DNA from: Armatimonadota bacterium
Lineage (GTDB): Bacteria > Armatimonadota > SYMT01
Direction of reading: 5' to 3'
Assembly (NCBI GenBank): GCA_041690135.1
Contig: JAWLHY010000002.1
Coordinates: 1,104,342-1,168,341, forward strand
DNA: 64,000 nucleotides
Shown here: in pieces, positions 19,108 through 30,542 of the stretch
Layout: every line of letters begins with the position of its first letter
Numbering within the stretch: the first letter of the stretch is position 1
Made by a program: the position numbers and the translations under genes
The notes under the pieces: generated by a model
Database searches by the model: none
Told to the model about the DNA's origin: nothing
Seen by the model: only the letters and a program-made list of their open reading frames with translations

Positions 19108-19764
19108 TCATGCCGCCGCCCGGAACCGGGGCGGGTGCGACTGCTCCAGCAGGTGGCGCACCTCCTCGTCCGTGGTCTGGGTGAAGTCTTCGTACCACTG
19201 CCCCACGCCGAAGAACGGCTCAGGGGTGGACCCGCAGACGACTTCATCCGCTTCGCTCCGCAGCGTGCCGCAGGTGGAAGCGGCTCCCACCGGGACCGCA
19301 ACCACAATCCGCGCCGGCTGCTGCTGGCGGATGGCCGCCACGGCGGCCCGCATGGTCGAACCGGTAGCCAGACCGTCGTCGATCAGGATGACCCTCTTGC
19401 CGCGCACCTGGGGCGCCGGGCGGTCTCCGCGGTAGGCCCGTTCCCGGCGCTCCAACTCCGCCTTTTCCCGTTCCGTGGCGGCCTCAATGGCCGCCGGAGT
19501 CACGTACGGGGCGACCTGTTCGTTCAGCACGCGCACGCCGCCGCTGGCGATGGCCCCCATGGCCAACTCTTCCTGCCCGGGCACCCCCAGCTTGCGCACG
19601 AGGAAAATGTCCAGGGGGGCGTCCAGCGCCTCCGCCACCTCGAAGGCGACCGGAACGCCGCCGCGGGGAAGCGCCAGTACCACCACGTCGTCGCGGCCGG
19701 CATGCTGCTGCAACCGCGCGGCCAGCGCGCGTCCCGCATCTCGCCGGTCCTTGTAGATCATCAC
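19108..19764 (-). CDS. Predicted phosphoribosyltransferase
   Basis: [10 protein letters not shown]; [18 protein letters not shown]-binding loop. Confidence 0.9.
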   Translation of the reverse strand: MMIYKDRRDAGRALAARLQQHAGRDDVVVLALPRGGVPVAFEVAEALDAPLDIFLVRKLGVPGQEELAMGAIASGGVRVLNEQVAPYVTPAAIEAATEREKAELERRERAYRGDRPAPQVRGKRVILIDDGLATGSTMRAAVAAIRQQQPARIVVAVPVGAASTCGTLRSEADEVVCGSTPEPFFGVGQWYEDFTQTTDEEVRHLLEQSHPPRFRAAA

Positions 19765-19781
19765 TTCCTCCCGTCAGGCCG

Positions 19782-20609
19782 TCAGGCGGCGATCCGGTCA
19801 TACAGCACGTCGCCCATCGGCGAGGTGTGGGACCGATCGTCCTCTTCCCATTCCCCCTGAATCTCCGTGAAGCCGGAGGTTTCATGGCTGGGCGCTTCCT
19901 GGCGGGAGCGGACTCCCTGGCTCATCTGCCGAATCTGCTCGCCACCGCTGCGGCCCATCTCCGCCAGCGGACGGTTTGCCGCCGCTCGCGCGAGGATGCC
20001 GGCGCCGGTGAGTCCCATGGCCGCGCCCGCGGTATCCATACGCTTCAGGCCGTAGGCCGTCATGGCGCCGCCGATGGCGCCCATCAGCAGGCGCGTGGCC
20101 GGCGGCCAGTTGCTTCGCAGCATTCCATACCGCATCGGCCGGGTCGAGCCGCCCTGCAGGGACGGGTGGTCGCCTGCATCCTGGAAGATATCCATATGGT
20201 TACCGACGCTCCTCACGCCCCGCACGTGGGAGACGGTGGAGATCAGGTGGTCCACTTCGTTCGCCAGGACCGGTCCTCGCAGGATGATGTGGCCGTTCCG
20301 GCACTCCACGTCGATGGCGCGGGGGTGCGAGACCGCCCGTCCCATCGCGGAGCGGACCCGTTCGATCAACACTTCGTCGCCGACGTGCTCTCGCTTCAGG
20401 CGTCCCTTCGTCTCCGCTACCATCCCCCGGGCCCGGTTGCGCAGGTCCTGGGTGGCGGTGTCCAATCCATCACTGGCCACGTGGCCGACATGGATCGCCT
20501 GGTCCCGGATCTTGGCGCGTCGTCGCCGGCCCTGGTCCGGGTCCAGCAAATAGGTGAGACCGCCGCCGAGGCCGAGGCCGCCCAGGAACAATCCAATTTC
20601 CCGTTTCAT
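19782..20609 (-). CDS. BON domain protein with N-terminal membrane anchor
   Basis: YLLDPDQGRRRR; BON domain (RVRSAMGR...IILRG...VRGVRSVGNHM). Confidence 0.85.
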   Translation of the reverse strand: MKREIGLFLGGLGLGGGLTYLLDPDQGRRRRAKIRDQAIHVGHVASDGLDTATQDLRNRARGMVAETKGRLKREHVGDEVLIERVRSAMGRAVSHPRAIDVECRNGHIILRGPVLANEVDHLISTVSHVRGVRSVGNHMDIFQDAGDHPSLQGGSTRPMRYGMLRSNWPPATRLLMGAIGGAMTAYGLKRMDTAGAAMGLTGAGILARAAANRPLAEMGRSGGEQIRQMSQGVRSRQEAPSHETSGFTEIQGEWEEDDRSHTSPMGDVLYDRIAA

Positions 20610-20636
20610 TCTTCCCCTCCTACATCTCGTTTTCTC

Positions 20637-20951
20637 CTAGCGGGCACCCACGAGCGGTCGCAGGTCGCGCTCCAGCTCATTGGCCGCCCACTGTCCCTCT
20701 TCCAATAGTCGATCGATATCGGACCCCTCCGGATCCCGCTCAATCCGCTGCAGTGCCTCGCGCATCTGGCTGAGCCATCCGTGCTGATCCGCCTCATCCG
20801 GCCGGGTGACCATCGACCAGGGGGCGGTCGCCAGCTCCTGCAAAGCCCCATGGGCTATCGTGGCCCGATCCTCACCCTGCGCGCCGCGTATGCGGCGAAA
20901 CGCCTGCTGCGCCGCATCCAGCGCCTGGAGAACCTGTGCGCTCGCGTTCAT
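20637..20951 (-). CDS. Hypothetical helical protein
   Basis: Co-oriented ORF with AGGAGG RBS. Confidence 0.6.
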   Translation of the reverse strand: MNASAQVLQALDAAQQAFRRIRGAQGEDRATIAHGALQELATAPWSMVTRPDEADQHGWLSQMREALQRIERDPEGSDIDRLLEEGQWAANELERDLRPLVGAR

Positions 20952-21029
20952 CTGTCGCCCTCCTTTGCTCTAAGCCCACCCTTACCCCGGGAGGCGCCGA
21001 CCCACGCCGGGCCGGCGCCCCATTGGGGA

Positions 21030-21260
21030 TCAAGCAGCCCGGGCGACCACCGCGCTTGATGCCTCTTCCGCCTCTTCCGTCGTGTCTTCCATATCGACGT
21101 ACTGGTTGCCCAGCCGCGACTCCACGTTCCGGATCTGGCGGTAGTAATCGAGGATCAGGTCCTCCGCGCTGGTGCTGGCGGAATGCGAGCTGCTCAGGTA
21201 GGAACAGGTCAACTGGACCGCCAGCTCCATGGCGTCGTCGTGGTCGATGTGCTTGGCCAT
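21030..21260 (-). CDS. Small acidic hypothetical protein
   Basis: GAGGAG RBS; co-oriented with its neighbours. Confidence 0.6.
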   Translation of the reverse strand: MAKHIDHDDAMELAVQLTCSYLSSSHSASTSAEDLILDYYRQIRNVESRLGNQYVDMEDTTEEAEEASSAVVARAA

Positions 21261-21423
21261 TCGATCGCTCCTCTCGTTCTTCTCAACCGTTGTTGCCAGG
21301 TGGTTCCGTCACTACCGGACGCGCAAGGACCGAGCCCATTGCGTCCAGTGACGCCGTGCGGCGCCCTCCCCCTTTTCCCAGGAGGGCGCCGCACGGAACC
21401 TGTAATCGACGAGGAACCGAAAT

Positions 21424-22320
21424 TCAGCGGTAAAGCTCTTCGAGTTCCGTGAGGGTGCGGGGCCAGTCCTTGCCCAGCAGGCGTGAGAGCCCACGGTCCG
21501 CCAAGAGCCGGCCCTCGTTCTGGCAGGTGGGGCAGTAATTGCACTCGTTCTCGGAGTAGACGATGCGCTGAACCGGAGAGCCGCAGTCCGGGCAGGGAAG
21601 ACCGTACCGGCCGTGGACCGCCATTTCCGGGCGGAAGGCGGTGACCTTCTCCGGAAAACCATCTCCGTTCTCCCGCATCAGGCGTTCGGTCCAGTCGCGC
21701 AGCACTCCCCGGACGGCGCTGAAGAGGCGCTCGATCTCCTCGTCCGTCAGGCGCGAAGTCCAGCGCACCGGGGAGAGGCGGGCACAGTGGAGAATCTCAT
21801 CCGAGAAGGAGTTACCGATCCCGGAGAAGAGACGGGGATCGGTGAGCGAGCGCTTTAGCGTGTGGTTCTCCCCCAGCAGCGTTTCCCGAAACTGGTCGAA
21901 GGTGGCGGTCATTACTTCGAGTCCCCCGGGGTTCAGGTTCTGGAGGGCCTGTTCACCGCGGACGAGATGGAGCGCGGCGCGTCGCTTGGAGCCGGCCTCC
22001 GTCAGGGTGAGCGTGCCCTCCGTGAAGTCAAAGGCAGCCAGAGACTGTTTGCCGGCCAGCCGAACCCCCGGAGACTTCCAGTGCAGCCTTCCGGCAATCA
22101 TCAGGTGCAGGACCGCGAATAGATCGTCTTCCAGGACGAACACGATCCGCTTCCCGATCCGTTGCAGGTCCCGCACCGCCTTACCGGCGACTTCCCCGGG
22201 AGCCGGTGAGACGGTCCGCAGCAGGAAAGGGTTCGCCAGGCGGATCCCCTCCAGCTTTCGCCCGGCGGTTCGTGACCGGAGCGCCGCGATGTACGTTTCT
22301 ATATCGGGAAGTTCGGGCAT
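21424..22320 (-). CDS. Fpg/Nei family DNA glycosylase
   Basis: N-terminal PELP; HLMIAG; H2TH GIGN; C-terminal zinc finger CPDC...CPTCQ. Confidence 0.92.
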   Translation of the reverse strand: MPELPDIETYIAALRSRTAGRKLEGIRLANPFLLRTVSPAPGEVAGKAVRDLQRIGKRIVFVLEDDLFAVLHLMIAGRLHWKSPGVRLAGKQSLAAFDFTEGTLTLTEAGSKRRAALHLVRGEQALQNLNPGGLEVMTATFDQFRETLLGENHTLKRSLTDPRLFSGIGNSFSDEILHCARLSPVRWTSRLTDEEIERLFSAVRGVLRDWTERLMRENGDGFPEKVTAFRPEMAVHGRYGLPCPDCGSPVQRIVYSENECNYCPTCQNEGRLLADRGLSRLLGKDWPRTLTELEELYR

Positions 22321-22377
22321 TTTGGGCGTAAACAACGGGCTGCGCGAAATGACGGCCCATTACTCGAGAACCAGGCA

Positions 22378-22647
22378 ATGATACAGGATGAGGAATGCAT
22401 CGCCATACCTCGCGTGGAGATGGCGTACCTGGCGGACACGATCGTGGACGCATTGGAGCAGGCCCGATCCGGCGATCCGGGGACGGGTTACCTGCGGTTG
22501 GTTACCGGTCTGAACCGGGCGCGGTTGGCGGACCGTCTCGGGGTGGGCTGGGCCCGGGAGTTGGTCCAGCACTACGAACGCGCACTCCGCCGCTTCACCG
22601 AGCAGCAGTTGGCGGGAAACACCTGGTACCCCTGGGGGGACGCGTGA
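22378..22647 (+). CDS. Hypothetical protein
   Basis: Short ORF with plausible composition in an otherwise unexplained gap. Confidence 0.5.
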   Translation: MIQDEECIAIPRVEMAYLADTIVDALEQARSGDPGTGYLRLVTGLNRARLADRLGVGWARELVQHYERALRRFTEQQLAGNTWYPWGDA

Positions 22648-22804
22648 CGACGCTGTTCGGTTGAGGCGTAGTTGCGGCCCTGTAGCAATTTCGGCTGCGG
22701 GATCGCGGACGGGACTGGAGAACGGTAACATTACGGGTAGGGGCACCCGGCAAGATTGTAAGTCGCTGCCCCTACTGATCCCATTCCTGCGACGGGAATC
22801 CGCC

Positions 22805-23560
22805 ATGGCATTCTTCACCCTTCTCCCTCACCCTGTTCCTCGCGGCAGTCACGCCCCTCGGCTTCCGATCCCGAATCCTCATCTTCATCCTAATCGGCGT
22901 AGTCGGGGCTTCACACTGATCGAGCTCCTCGTGGTGATAGCGATCATCGCCATCCTCGCCGCCATCCTGTTTCCGGTGTTCGCCCAGGCGCGGGAGAAGG
23001 CACGGCAAATCTCCTGTGCGAGCAACCTGCGGAACCTGGGCACGGCGGTTCTCATGTACACGCAGGATTATGATGAGGTGCTGCCGCTCGCGGCCTACGC
23101 CACCGCCGGCTTCGACTTCCTGACCTGGCACGATCTGACGGACCCCTACGCCAAGAACCAGCAGATTTGGCATTGCCCGAGCAGCCAGGTGAAGAAGACG
23201 GACGCGAACGGACGTATCACGACGCAGTTCGGTTATAACGTGCGGTACCTCACCAATATTGCGATGGACTTCAGCAACGCCAACGGCCACACGGCGGTGT
23301 CGCTGGCGGCCGTCCAGGCTCCCGTCGAGACGGTGATGTTGGCGGATGCCCGGTCCAGCATGACGGGGAGCTGGTGCGGTGACGACGGCAAGTTCCTGCT
23401 GCCGCCCTCTCACCCGGCCACACACTGCTGGGGCCACCCCTCGCTCCATCACAGCACGGGCTCCAATGTGCTCTGGTTGGACGGGCACGTGAAGTGGCAC
23501 AAGGACGGGCAGTTCTATTCCGGTCAGAACCCGGTCGACCGCACTTTCGATCTTCAGTAG
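22805..23560 (+). CDS. Prepilin-type N-terminal cleavage/methylation protein (DUF1559, H-X9-DG)
   Basis: [33 protein letters not shown]; [15 protein letters not shown]. Confidence 0.92.
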   Translation: MAFFTLLPHPVPRGSHAPRLPIPNPHLHPNRRSRGFTLIELLVVIAIIAILAAILFPVFAQAREKARQISCASNLRNLGTAVLMYTQDYDEVLPLAAYATAGFDFLTWHDLTDPYAKNQQIWHCPSSQVKKTDANGRITTQFGYNVRYLTNIAMDFSNANGHTAVSLAAVQAPVETVMLADARSSMTGSWCGDDGKFLLPPSHPATHCWGHPSLHHSTGSNVLWLDGHVKWHKDGQFYSGQNPVDRTFDLQ

Positions 23561-23571
23561 GAGGGGCTGGA

Positions 23572-26500
23572 TTAGCCGTTCTGACTTACGAACTCCAGGA
23601 GAGCGTCGCGTACCCGCTGGACTTCAGCTTGCAGTTGGGGCAGCAGGTGTTTAGCTTCCGCGCAGCGATTCTCGCGGCCGAGGTTCTCCAGTTGCAGCGA
23701 AAGATGGGCGGTGGGGGTCGCGCCCAGGCTGGCCGCCGCCCCCTTCAGGCTGTGCGCCGTGCGGTAAAGCATTTCCGCATCGCCATCCTGGATGGCTATT
23801 TCAAGTAGGCGCATTTGTTCCGGGTAGTCGGAGAAGAATGCGTCCACCAGGTCGGCAAGCAGCTCCATGTCGTGCTCGACGTTGCCGAGCATGGTCTCTT
23901 TATCGACCGGCGGCTGATCCAGCCGATGTGCAGCCGCGGGCGAGGGTTCGTCTGGCAGGAGCTCCCGTACGGTCGCGAAGAGCTCATCGGCGCGGATTGG
24001 CTTGGAGACGTAGCCATCCATTCCCGCGGCGAGGCACCGCTCGCGGTCGCCCTTCATGGCGTGGGCGGTGAGGGCCACGATGGGTATCCGGCGTCCGGTG
24101 CCCCGTTGCAACTCGCGGATGGCGGCGGTGGCCTCGAGGCCGTTCATCTCGGGCATCTGGACGTCCATCAGCACCAGATCGAAAGCACCCGTTCCCTCCA
24201 GCTCCAGGACGCGAACGGCTTCCCGACCGTTGTTGACCAGAACCACCGAGTGACCTCGCCGCTCCAACAGGCGCAAGGCCAGACGCTGGTTGACGGCATT
24301 GTCCTCCGCCAGGAGGATCCGCAAGGAAGGTTCCCGGACCACCGCAGTAGCGACGACCGAAGGCGGCGCGGGTTCCGGATCCGGGGCGTTTCCCGGGCGG
24401 ATGCCGGACGCGTGCTGACTCATGGCATTGACGATGGCATTCATCAGCTCCGACTGCTTGACCGGCTTGACCAGGTACTGGTAAACGCCCAGCTCGCGGC
24501 AGCGGGTGGCGTCCCCGTGGCGCCCGGCGGACGAAAGCATCATCACGGTGGCCCCCGCGAGATCCGGCTGCGTCTTGATGCACTCCGCCAGCTCGAACCC
24601 ATCCATGTCCGGCATCATGGCATCGAGCAGCACCAGGGAGTAGGGCTCCCCGAGGTTGCTGGCCTGGCGGAGGGCCGCGATGGCCGCCGGCCCTCCTTCG
24701 ACCACCGTGGGGGACATGCCCCAGTTACGCAGCATGTCCTGAAGGATACGACGGTTGGTGGCGTTGTCATCGACCACGAGGACCGGCAGCGCCCGGAGCT
24801 CCACGGCCTGCGAAACCGCAGGAACGGGAAGGGATGCGGACCGTACGCCGAAGCGCCCGACGAAGTGGAAGGTGCTTCCCCGTCCCTCCTCGCTTTCCGC
24901 CCAGATCCGGCCGCGCATCATCTCCGCCAACTGCCGGCAGATGGCGAGCCCGAGCCCGGTGCCCCCGTAGCGGCGGGTGGTGGAACTATCCGCCTGGGCG
25001 AACGCCCCGAAGACCAGGGGTAGTTTGTCCGCCGGAATGCCGATTCCGGTGTCGCGTACGGAGATGCGCAGGCCGACTTCCTCTTCCGACTGCCACTCCC
25101 GGGTCGCGTGGACCACCACTTCGCCCTGCTCCGTGAACTTTACGGCATTGCCGACGAGGTTGATGAGGATCTGTCGCAGGCGTCCTTCGTCGCCAATGAG
25201 GGCATCCGGAACGTCGGCTTCCACATGGCAGGCAAGCTCCAGTCCCCGTTCGTGCGCTGCCAGGGACAGAGCGCCGACCGCATCCGCCAGGCTATCGCGC
25301 AGTTCGAAGTCGCGCGGCTCCAGGTCGAGTTTTCCGGCCTCGATTTTGGAGAAGTCCAGGATATCGTTAATGACCCGGAGCAGACTGTCCGCCGACGATT
25401 TTACCATTGAGAGATACTCGTGCTGCTCGGGCGTGAGCGCCGTCTCCAGCGCCAGTTCGGTCATGCCGATGATGCCGTTCATCGGGGTCCGGATCTCGTG
25501 ACTCATGTTGGCCAGGAACTCGCTCTTGGCACGGGCGGCGTCTTCGGCCCGGCTCTTGGCCATCTCCAACTCCTCGACCAAGTGCCGGAGGCGCTCCGTA
25601 TTCTCATCCTGGCGCCGGCGGGCGGACTCCAGGTCCTGCGCATAACGCTTGAGCGCTTCCTCGGATTGCTTCCGTTCCGTCACGTCCTCTACCATGCCGA
25701 TGGCGAACCGGGGTTGGCCCTGATTGTCTCGAACCAGGGAAACGGTGAGGTGAGCCCAGAGGGCGGTGCCGTCGCGGCGCAGATAGCGCTTCTCCAGAGC
25801 GTAGTGGTCGCGGCTTCCGGAGATCAGCTCACCATAGAGACGAACATCGGCGAGGAGGTCCTCGGGATGGGTGAAGTCACCGAAATGCTTCCCTTCCAGG
25901 CCTTCCCGGGAGTAGTCGAGCATGCGGAGCAGGGCAGGATTGGCACGGGTGACCCGCCCGTCGAGGCCGACCTGGGCGATCCCGATGGCCGTGCCTTCGA
26001 ACATCGCCCGGAAACGCGCTTCGCTGGAGCGGAGGGCTTCCTCGGCTTCTTTACGCTCGGTGATGTCTCGAAACACACTCAGCAGGAGAGGAGCCTGGTT
26101 CTCCAGTTCCAGAATGGTGTTCGAGTGCTCGAAACAGTGCTGGCGTCCGTCCCACAGGATCACCGGACTTTCAACTCGCGGCCCGAAATCGCGCTCAGTG
26201 AACCTCCGTCGGAAGGCCTCCAGGACATGATCGCGCCGTTCTTCGCGGTGGACGACGTCCAGGGTGCTGCCCTCCAACTCCTCGCGGGAAAGTCCCACCA
26301 TCGCGCAGAAGGCCTGGTTGACCATCACGATGGTGCCGTGCTCGTCGGTTAGACGCATGCCGTCGGAAGAGTTCTCCCACACCAGGCGGAAGAGACTCTC
26401 CGACTTCCGGAGCGCCTCCTCGGCCCGGACGCGCTCGGTGATATCGCGGCTGATACCCACGATGCCCACCGTGCAGCCGGTGTTGTCGCGCCAGGGAACC

Positions 26501-27342
26501 TTCGTGGCCGAGACCCAACGTTTGCTCCCGCCGAGGTTGATCCTTGGCTGTTCCTGATTGAGGATGGCGCTTCCGGTACTCAGGATCTTCCGCTCGTCGG
26601 CGCGATACCTCGCCGCGATCTCCGGCGCGAAGAAGTCCGCATCGGACTTACCCACCAGTTCATCCGGTGAGTCGACGCCCAGGGCCTGCGCATGCGCGCG
26701 GTTGTTGACGAGAAAGCGACTTTCGCAGTCCTTAACGTAGATGAAATCCGGGATGTTATCGATGAGGGTACGCAGCAAGTCGCGCTCGCGACCCAGTTCT
26801 TCCTGGGCCTTCTTGTGCGCGGTGATGTCCCGGAAAATGCCCTGTGTGCCGACGACCTCGCCGCGGGCGTTGAGCACGGGCGTCTTTTGAACCTGGACGT
26901 AGACGCGATCGCCGGTAGGGGTTTCGTGTTCCTCTACGTCCTCGAAGGGGATCCGCTGCCTCTGGACCTGCTCGTCGTCGCTCCGGTACTTTTCCGCCAG
27001 CTCCGCGGGGAAAAAGTCGTGGTCGGTCTTGCCGAGGATTTCGGGCAGCGGGCGTCGGAGCGCCTCGCAAAACTTGTGGTTCCCGAAGATGAACCGGCCG
27101 TGCAGATCCTTTCGATAGACTGCCAGGGGTAGGTGTTCCACCAGCGACTGGTAGAGGGCCTCGGAATCGCGGAGAGCGCTCTCGGCCCGCTCCCGCTCGG
27201 CGACTTCCGCCTGGAGCGCGGCGTTGGCTGCCGCAAGCGCCGCAGTCCGCTCTACGACCCGCGCTTCCAATTCCTGGTGCGCGCGCCGCAGAGCCTCATC
27301 ACTCCCGTTGGACCGCGTTCCGGGCGTCTCCCCGACTTCCAT
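23572..27342 (-). CDS. Cytoplasmic hybrid histidine kinase: 4 PAS, HisKA, HATPase, 2 REC, Hpt
   Basis: [12 protein letters not shown]; [10 protein letters not shown]; GTGLGL; two receivers (LLDAMMP, LMDVQMP); AHSLKG Hpt. Start uncertain (27342-27399). Confidence 0.93.
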   Translation of the reverse strand: MEVGETPGTRSNGSDEALRRAHQELEARVVERTAALAAANAALQAEVAERERAESALRDSEALYQSLVEHLPLAVYRKDLHGRFIFGNHKFCEALRRPLPEILGKTDHDFFPAELAEKYRSDDEQVQRQRIPFEDVEEHETPTGDRVYVQVQKTPVLNARGEVVGTQGIFRDITAHKKAQEELGRERDLLRTLIDNIPDFIYVKDCESRFLVNNRAHAQALGVDSPDELVGKSDADFFAPEIAARYRADERKILSTGSAILNQEQPRINLGGSKRWVSATKVPWRDNTGCTVGIVGISRDITERVRAEEALRKSESLFRLVWENSSDGMRLTDEHGTIVMVNQAFCAMVGLSREELEGSTLDVVHREERRDHVLEAFRRRFTERDFGPRVESPVILWDGRQHCFEHSNTILELENQAPLLLSVFRDITERKEAEEALRSSEARFRAMFEGTAIGIAQVGLDGRVTRANPALLRMLDYSREGLEGKHFGDFTHPEDLLADVRLYGELISGSRDHYALEKRYLRRDGTALWAHLTVSLVRDNQGQPRFAIGMVEDVTERKQSEEALKRYAQDLESARRRQDENTERLRHLVEELEMAKSRAEDAARAKSEFLANMSHEIRTPMNGIIGMTELALETALTPEQHEYLSMVKSSADSLLRVINDILDFSKIEAGKLDLEPRDFELRDSLADAVGALSLAAHERGLELACHVEADVPDALIGDEGRLRQILINLVGNAVKFTEQGEVVVHATREWQSEEEVGLRISVRDTGIGIPADKLPLVFGAFAQADSSTTRRYGGTGLGLAICRQLAEMMRGRIWAESEEGRGSTFHFVGRFGVRSASLPVPAVSQAVELRALPVLVVDDNATNRRILQDMLRNWGMSPTVVEGGPAAIAALRQASNLGEPYSLVLLDAMMPDMDGFELAECIKTQPDLAGATVMMLSSAGRHGDATRCRELGVYQYLVKPVKQSELMNAIVNAMSQHASGIRPGNAPDPEPAPPSVVATAVVREPSLRILLAEDNAVNQRLALRLLERRGHSVVLVNNGREAVRVLELEGTGAFDLVLMDVQMPEMNGLEATAAIRELQRGTGRRIPIVALTAHAMKGDRERCLAAGMDGYVSKPIRADELFATVRELLPDEPSPAAAHRLDQPPVDKETMLGNVEHDMELLADLVDAFFSDYPEQMRLLEIAIQDGDAEMLYRTAHSLKGAAASLGATPTAHLSLQLENLGRENRCAEAKHLLPQLQAEVQRVRDALLEFVSQNG

Positions 27343-27560
27343 CCTTCGTGTTCCTCCTTCCATAGCCATCGGTTGTCTTAGCCCGACCTTAAAGGGCAAA
27401 TTCCCCGCAGTCCCAGGTGGGAGCGTGGTTCACGCCCGGAGGGGGTGGAAAGTTGCCCTGCTTGCTCTGCGAGATGCGACCGACTTACTTCGTGCGCGCC
27501 CGCAGAGGTTCGAGCCCTTCGGGTGCGGTTCTGCGACTGCCAAAAAAAGATTCTCATCGC

Positions 27561-27587
27561 TGTCGATTCTGTCGTCGGGCGTTCGAC
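27561..27587 (+). promoter_or_regulatory. ECF42-type promoter (TGTCGA-N17-CGAC)
   Basis: TGTCGA at 27561-27566 and CGAC at 27584-27587, ~50 bp upstream of an operon encoding DGPF proteins. Matches the ECF42 consensus as I recall it. Confidence 0.65.
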
Positions 27588-27638
27588 CAGGTGATGTAGG
27601 CAGATGCTCGCGGCGAACTTCGCCGGAAGGAGTGAGGA

Positions 27639-28754
27639 ATGAGTGGAGTGCGGGTACTGGTTGGGACGAAGAAAGGCGCCTTCGTCCTGACTTCCGATGA
27701 GCGGCGCCAGGACTGGGAGGTGAGCGGCCCCCATTTCGCCGGGTGGGAGATCTACCACCTGAAGGGATCACCCGTGGACCCCAACCGGATCTATGCCTCG
27801 CAGTCCAGCGGCTGGTTTGGGCAGATGATCCAGCGCTCGGACGACGGCGGTAAGACCTGGGAGCCGGTGGGGAACGAGTTCGCCTACGAGGGGTCCACCG
27901 GGACCCACCAGTGGTATGACGGCACCCAGCACCCCTGGGAGTTCAAGCGGATCTGGCACCTGGAGCCGTCGTTGCACGACCCGGACGTGGTTTACGCCGG
28001 GGCGGAAGACGCGGCGATCTTCCGGAGCATCGACGGCGGCAAGAACTGGAAGGAGCTCTCCGGCCTGCGCAACCACGACTCGGGCCCGCGCTGGCAGCCG
28101 GGGGCCGGCGGGATGGCGGTCCACACCATCCTGATCGATCCTACCAATCTGCAGCGGATCTTCGTGGCCATCTCGGCGGCGGGGGTGTTCCGGACGGACG
28201 ACGGCGGCGAGACGTGGCGCCCGATGAACCGGGGCCTGACCTCGAAGTACATCCCGGACCCGGACGCGGAAGTGGGCCACTGCGTGCACCGGATCGCGCT
28301 GCACCCGTCGCGGCCGGAAACGCTCTTCATGCAGATGCACTGGCACGTGAACCGCAGCGACGACGGCGCGGAGACTTGGCGTAAGGTGAGCGGGAACTTG
28401 CCGACGGATTTCGGCTTCCCGATCGATGTCCACGCCCACGAGCCGGAAACGATCTACGTGGTCCCGATCAAGAGCGACTCGGAACACTTCCCGATCGATG
28501 GCAAGCTCCAGGTCTACCGCAGCCGGACCGGCGGCAACGAGTGGGAAGCACTGACCAATGGCCTGCCGCAAAGCGACTGCTATGTGAACGTGCTGCGGGA
28601 CGCGATGGCGGTGGATCGCCTGGAGTCGTGCGGGATCTACTTCGGCACCACCGGCGGCCAGGTTTACGCCTCCGCCGACAGCGGCGACACCTGGACCCCG
28701 ATCGTCCGCGACCTCCCGGCCGTGCTGTCGGTCGAGGTGCAGACCCTACCATGA
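27639..28754 (+). CDS. Cytoplasmic BNR/Asp-box beta-propeller protein
   Basis: Multiple SxDGGxTW boxes; no signal peptide; stop overlaps the next start (ATGA). Confidence 0.9.
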   Translation: MSGVRVLVGTKKGAFVLTSDERRQDWEVSGPHFAGWEIYHLKGSPVDPNRIYASQSSGWFGQMIQRSDDGGKTWEPVGNEFAYEGSTGTHQWYDGTQHPWEFKRIWHLEPSLHDPDVVYAGAEDAAIFRSIDGGKNWKELSGLRNHDSGPRWQPGAGGMAVHTILIDPTNLQRIFVAISAAGVFRTDDGGETWRPMNRGLTSKYIPDPDAEVGHCVHRIALHPSRPETLFMQMHWHVNRSDDGAETWRKVSGNLPTDFGFPIDVHAHEPETIYVVPIKSDSEHFPIDGKLQVYRSRTGGNEWEALTNGLPQSDCYVNVLRDAMAVDRLESCGIYFGTTGGQVYASADSGDTWTPIVRDLPAVLSVEVQTLP

Positions 28755-29047
28755 TCCGGGTGGAGTTACCGGCCCACCTCCGAAAGCTGGCGAAGGTGGA
28801 CGGCGAAGTGGAGCTGGAAGTGGCGGAGCCGGTGACCCTGGGAACGGTCCTCGACGCCCTCGAGGCTCGATATCCGGTGCTTCGGGGAACCATCCGCGAT
28901 CACGGCACGCTGCGGCGGCGGGCGTTCCTGCGGTACTTCGCCTGCGAGCAGGATCTCTCGCTGGAGGCGCCGGACACGCCGCTGCCGGAGGCCGTGGTCC
29001 GGGGCGAGGAACCGTTTATGGTTATCGGCGCGATTGCTGGCGGCTAG
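28751..29047 (+). CDS. MoaD/ThiS-family ubiquitin-like protein
   Basis: [11 protein letters not shown]...GAIAGG*: 98-aa beta-grasp protein ending in Gly-Gly. Confidence 0.9.
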   Translation: MIRVELPAHLRKLAKVDGEVELEVAEPVTLGTVLDALEARYPVLRGTIRDHGTLRRRAFLRYFACEQDLSLEAPDTPLPEAVVRGEEPFMVIGAIAGG

Positions 29048-29074
29048 TCAACAAGAGAACAGGGAGTGTGAAGC

Positions 29075-29431
29075 GTGAAGTACATGTTGTTGATCTACGG
29101 AAACGAGCAGAAGTGGGACGAGGTAGGGCGTGAGCCCTGCTACCACGAGTCCGCGCAGCTCGCACGGGACCTGCAGGAAGCCGGGAAGTTTGTCTCCGCC
29201 AACCCTTTGCATCCGGTGACCACGGCCACCAGCGTGCGGGTGCGGGAGGGTAAGCGCCTGGTCACCGACGGACCCTTCGCCGAGACCCACGAGCAGTTGG
29301 GTGGCTACTTCTTGATCGACGCGCGCGACCTGGACGAAGCCATCGAGATTGCCGGGCGGATTCCGGGCGCCCGCGTGGGGACCGTGGAAATCCGCCCGGT
29401 GCTGGAAATTCCGGGCCTGCCGGAGCAGTAG
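29075..29431 (+). CDS. YciI/DGPF family protein
   Basis: MKYMLLIY; TDGPFAETHEQLGG; VEIRP. Confidence 0.92.
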   Translation: MKYMLLIYGNEQKWDEVGREPCYHESAQLARDLQEAGKFVSANPLHPVTTATSVRVREGKRLVTDGPFAETHEQLGGYFLIDARDLDEAIEIAGRIPGARVGTVEIRPVLEIPGLPEQ

Positions 29432-29510
29432 TCGCCCCTACCCGAACGACAGAAAGAAACGAAGCAGACGGGTCGGGCGCGTCGCGATACTCGGCCGTGC
29501 GCACCAGGAG

Positions 29511-30005
29511 ATGAACATGTTCAGCGAACTTCAAGAACAGCACCAGTGGTTGCAGAAGCTCGTCGGCGAGTGGACTTACGAGTCCACGCCGGAAACCACC
29601 GGCGACGGGCCCGCCAAGACGTACACCGGCACGGAGAGCGTGCGGTCGATTGGCGTGTTGTGGGTGATCGCCGAGGGCCAGGGAGAGATGGGCTGCGGTG
29701 GCGGGGAGGCCACGACCGTCCTGACCGTGGGCTACGACCCTGAGAAGGGCCGGTTCGTCGGCACCTGGCTGGGCTCAATGATGACCCAGCTCTGGCTTTA
29801 CGACGGCGAGTTGAATGCCGAGGGCACCACGCTGACGCTGGAGTCCCAGGGACCCAGCATGGCGGGCGACAGGACCCTCGCCACCTACCGGGATGTGATC
29901 GAATTCGTCGATGACGACTACCGGATCTTCCATTCCACCGTCCAGGAAGCGGATGGCAACTGGATGACGTTCATGAAAACCCACTACCGCCGGAAGACGG
30001 CTTAA
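29511..30005 (+). CDS. DUF1579 family protein
   Basis: HQWLQKLVGEW; GYDPEKGRFVGTWLGSM. Confidence 0.85.
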   Translation: MNMFSELQEQHQWLQKLVGEWTYESTPETTGDGPAKTYTGTESVRSIGVLWVIAEGQGEMGCGGGEATTVLTVGYDPEKGRFVGTWLGSMMTQLWLYDGELNAEGTTLTLESQGPSMAGDRTLATYRDVIEFVDDDYRIFHSTVQEADGNWMTFMKTHYRRKTA

Positions 30006-30020
30006 CAAGGAGACATTCCA

Positions 30021-30479
30021 ATGTCCGAAACGAGCACGAAACTGATCCCGCACCTGGTCTGTCGCGACGCGCTGGGCGCGCTGCAGTTCTACAAGGAGGC
30101 GCTGGGCGCCGAGGTTATGATGGTCATGAAGGGGCCTGACGAGAAGCTGATGCACGGCTGCATGAGCGTGGATGGTGCGACGGTCTTCCTCTGCGAAGAA
30201 AGTGACTTCTGCAACGCCAAGAGCCCGCTGGCACTGGGGGCGAGCCCAGTGACCCTGCACCTGCAGGTGGCGGACTGCGACGCCCTCTTTCAGCAAGCGG
30301 TGGCGGCCGGCTGCACCGCCGTAATGCCGCCGCAGGAGATGTTCTGGGGCGATCGCTACGGCGTGTTCTCCGATCCGTACGGGCACCAGTGGTCGGTAGC
30401 CACCACGGTGCGCCAGTTAAGCCCGGAAGAGGTGCAGGCCGCGGCGGCCAACGCGTTCTGTGGCGCTCCCGAAGCGTAA
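30021..30479 (+). CDS. VOC/glyoxalase (PhnB-like) protein
   Basis: ALQFYKEALG; MFWGDRYG; DPYGHQW. Confidence 0.9.
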   Translation: MSETSTKLIPHLVCRDALGALQFYKEALGAEVMMVMKGPDEKLMHGCMSVDGATVFLCEESDFCNAKSPLALGASPVTLHLQVADCDALFQQAVAAGCTAVMPPQEMFWGDRYGVFSDPYGHQWSVATTVRQLSPEEVQAAAANAFCGAPEA

Positions 30480-30542
30480 TCAACCAGGAGCCGCGGTGCG
30501 GCATGCAGTCGCACCGCGGCACCCTATCCCAGTCGAAGTACC

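Noticed and set aside
27500-27525. tRNA-like GGTTCGAGCCC T-loop (also at ~9495)
   Set aside because: No acceptor stem, D-arm or anticodon arm can be folded.
28751-29047. Molybdopterin synthase small subunit (moaD) assignment
   Set aside because: The fold family fits, but there is no moaE/moeB context, so no gene symbol was given.
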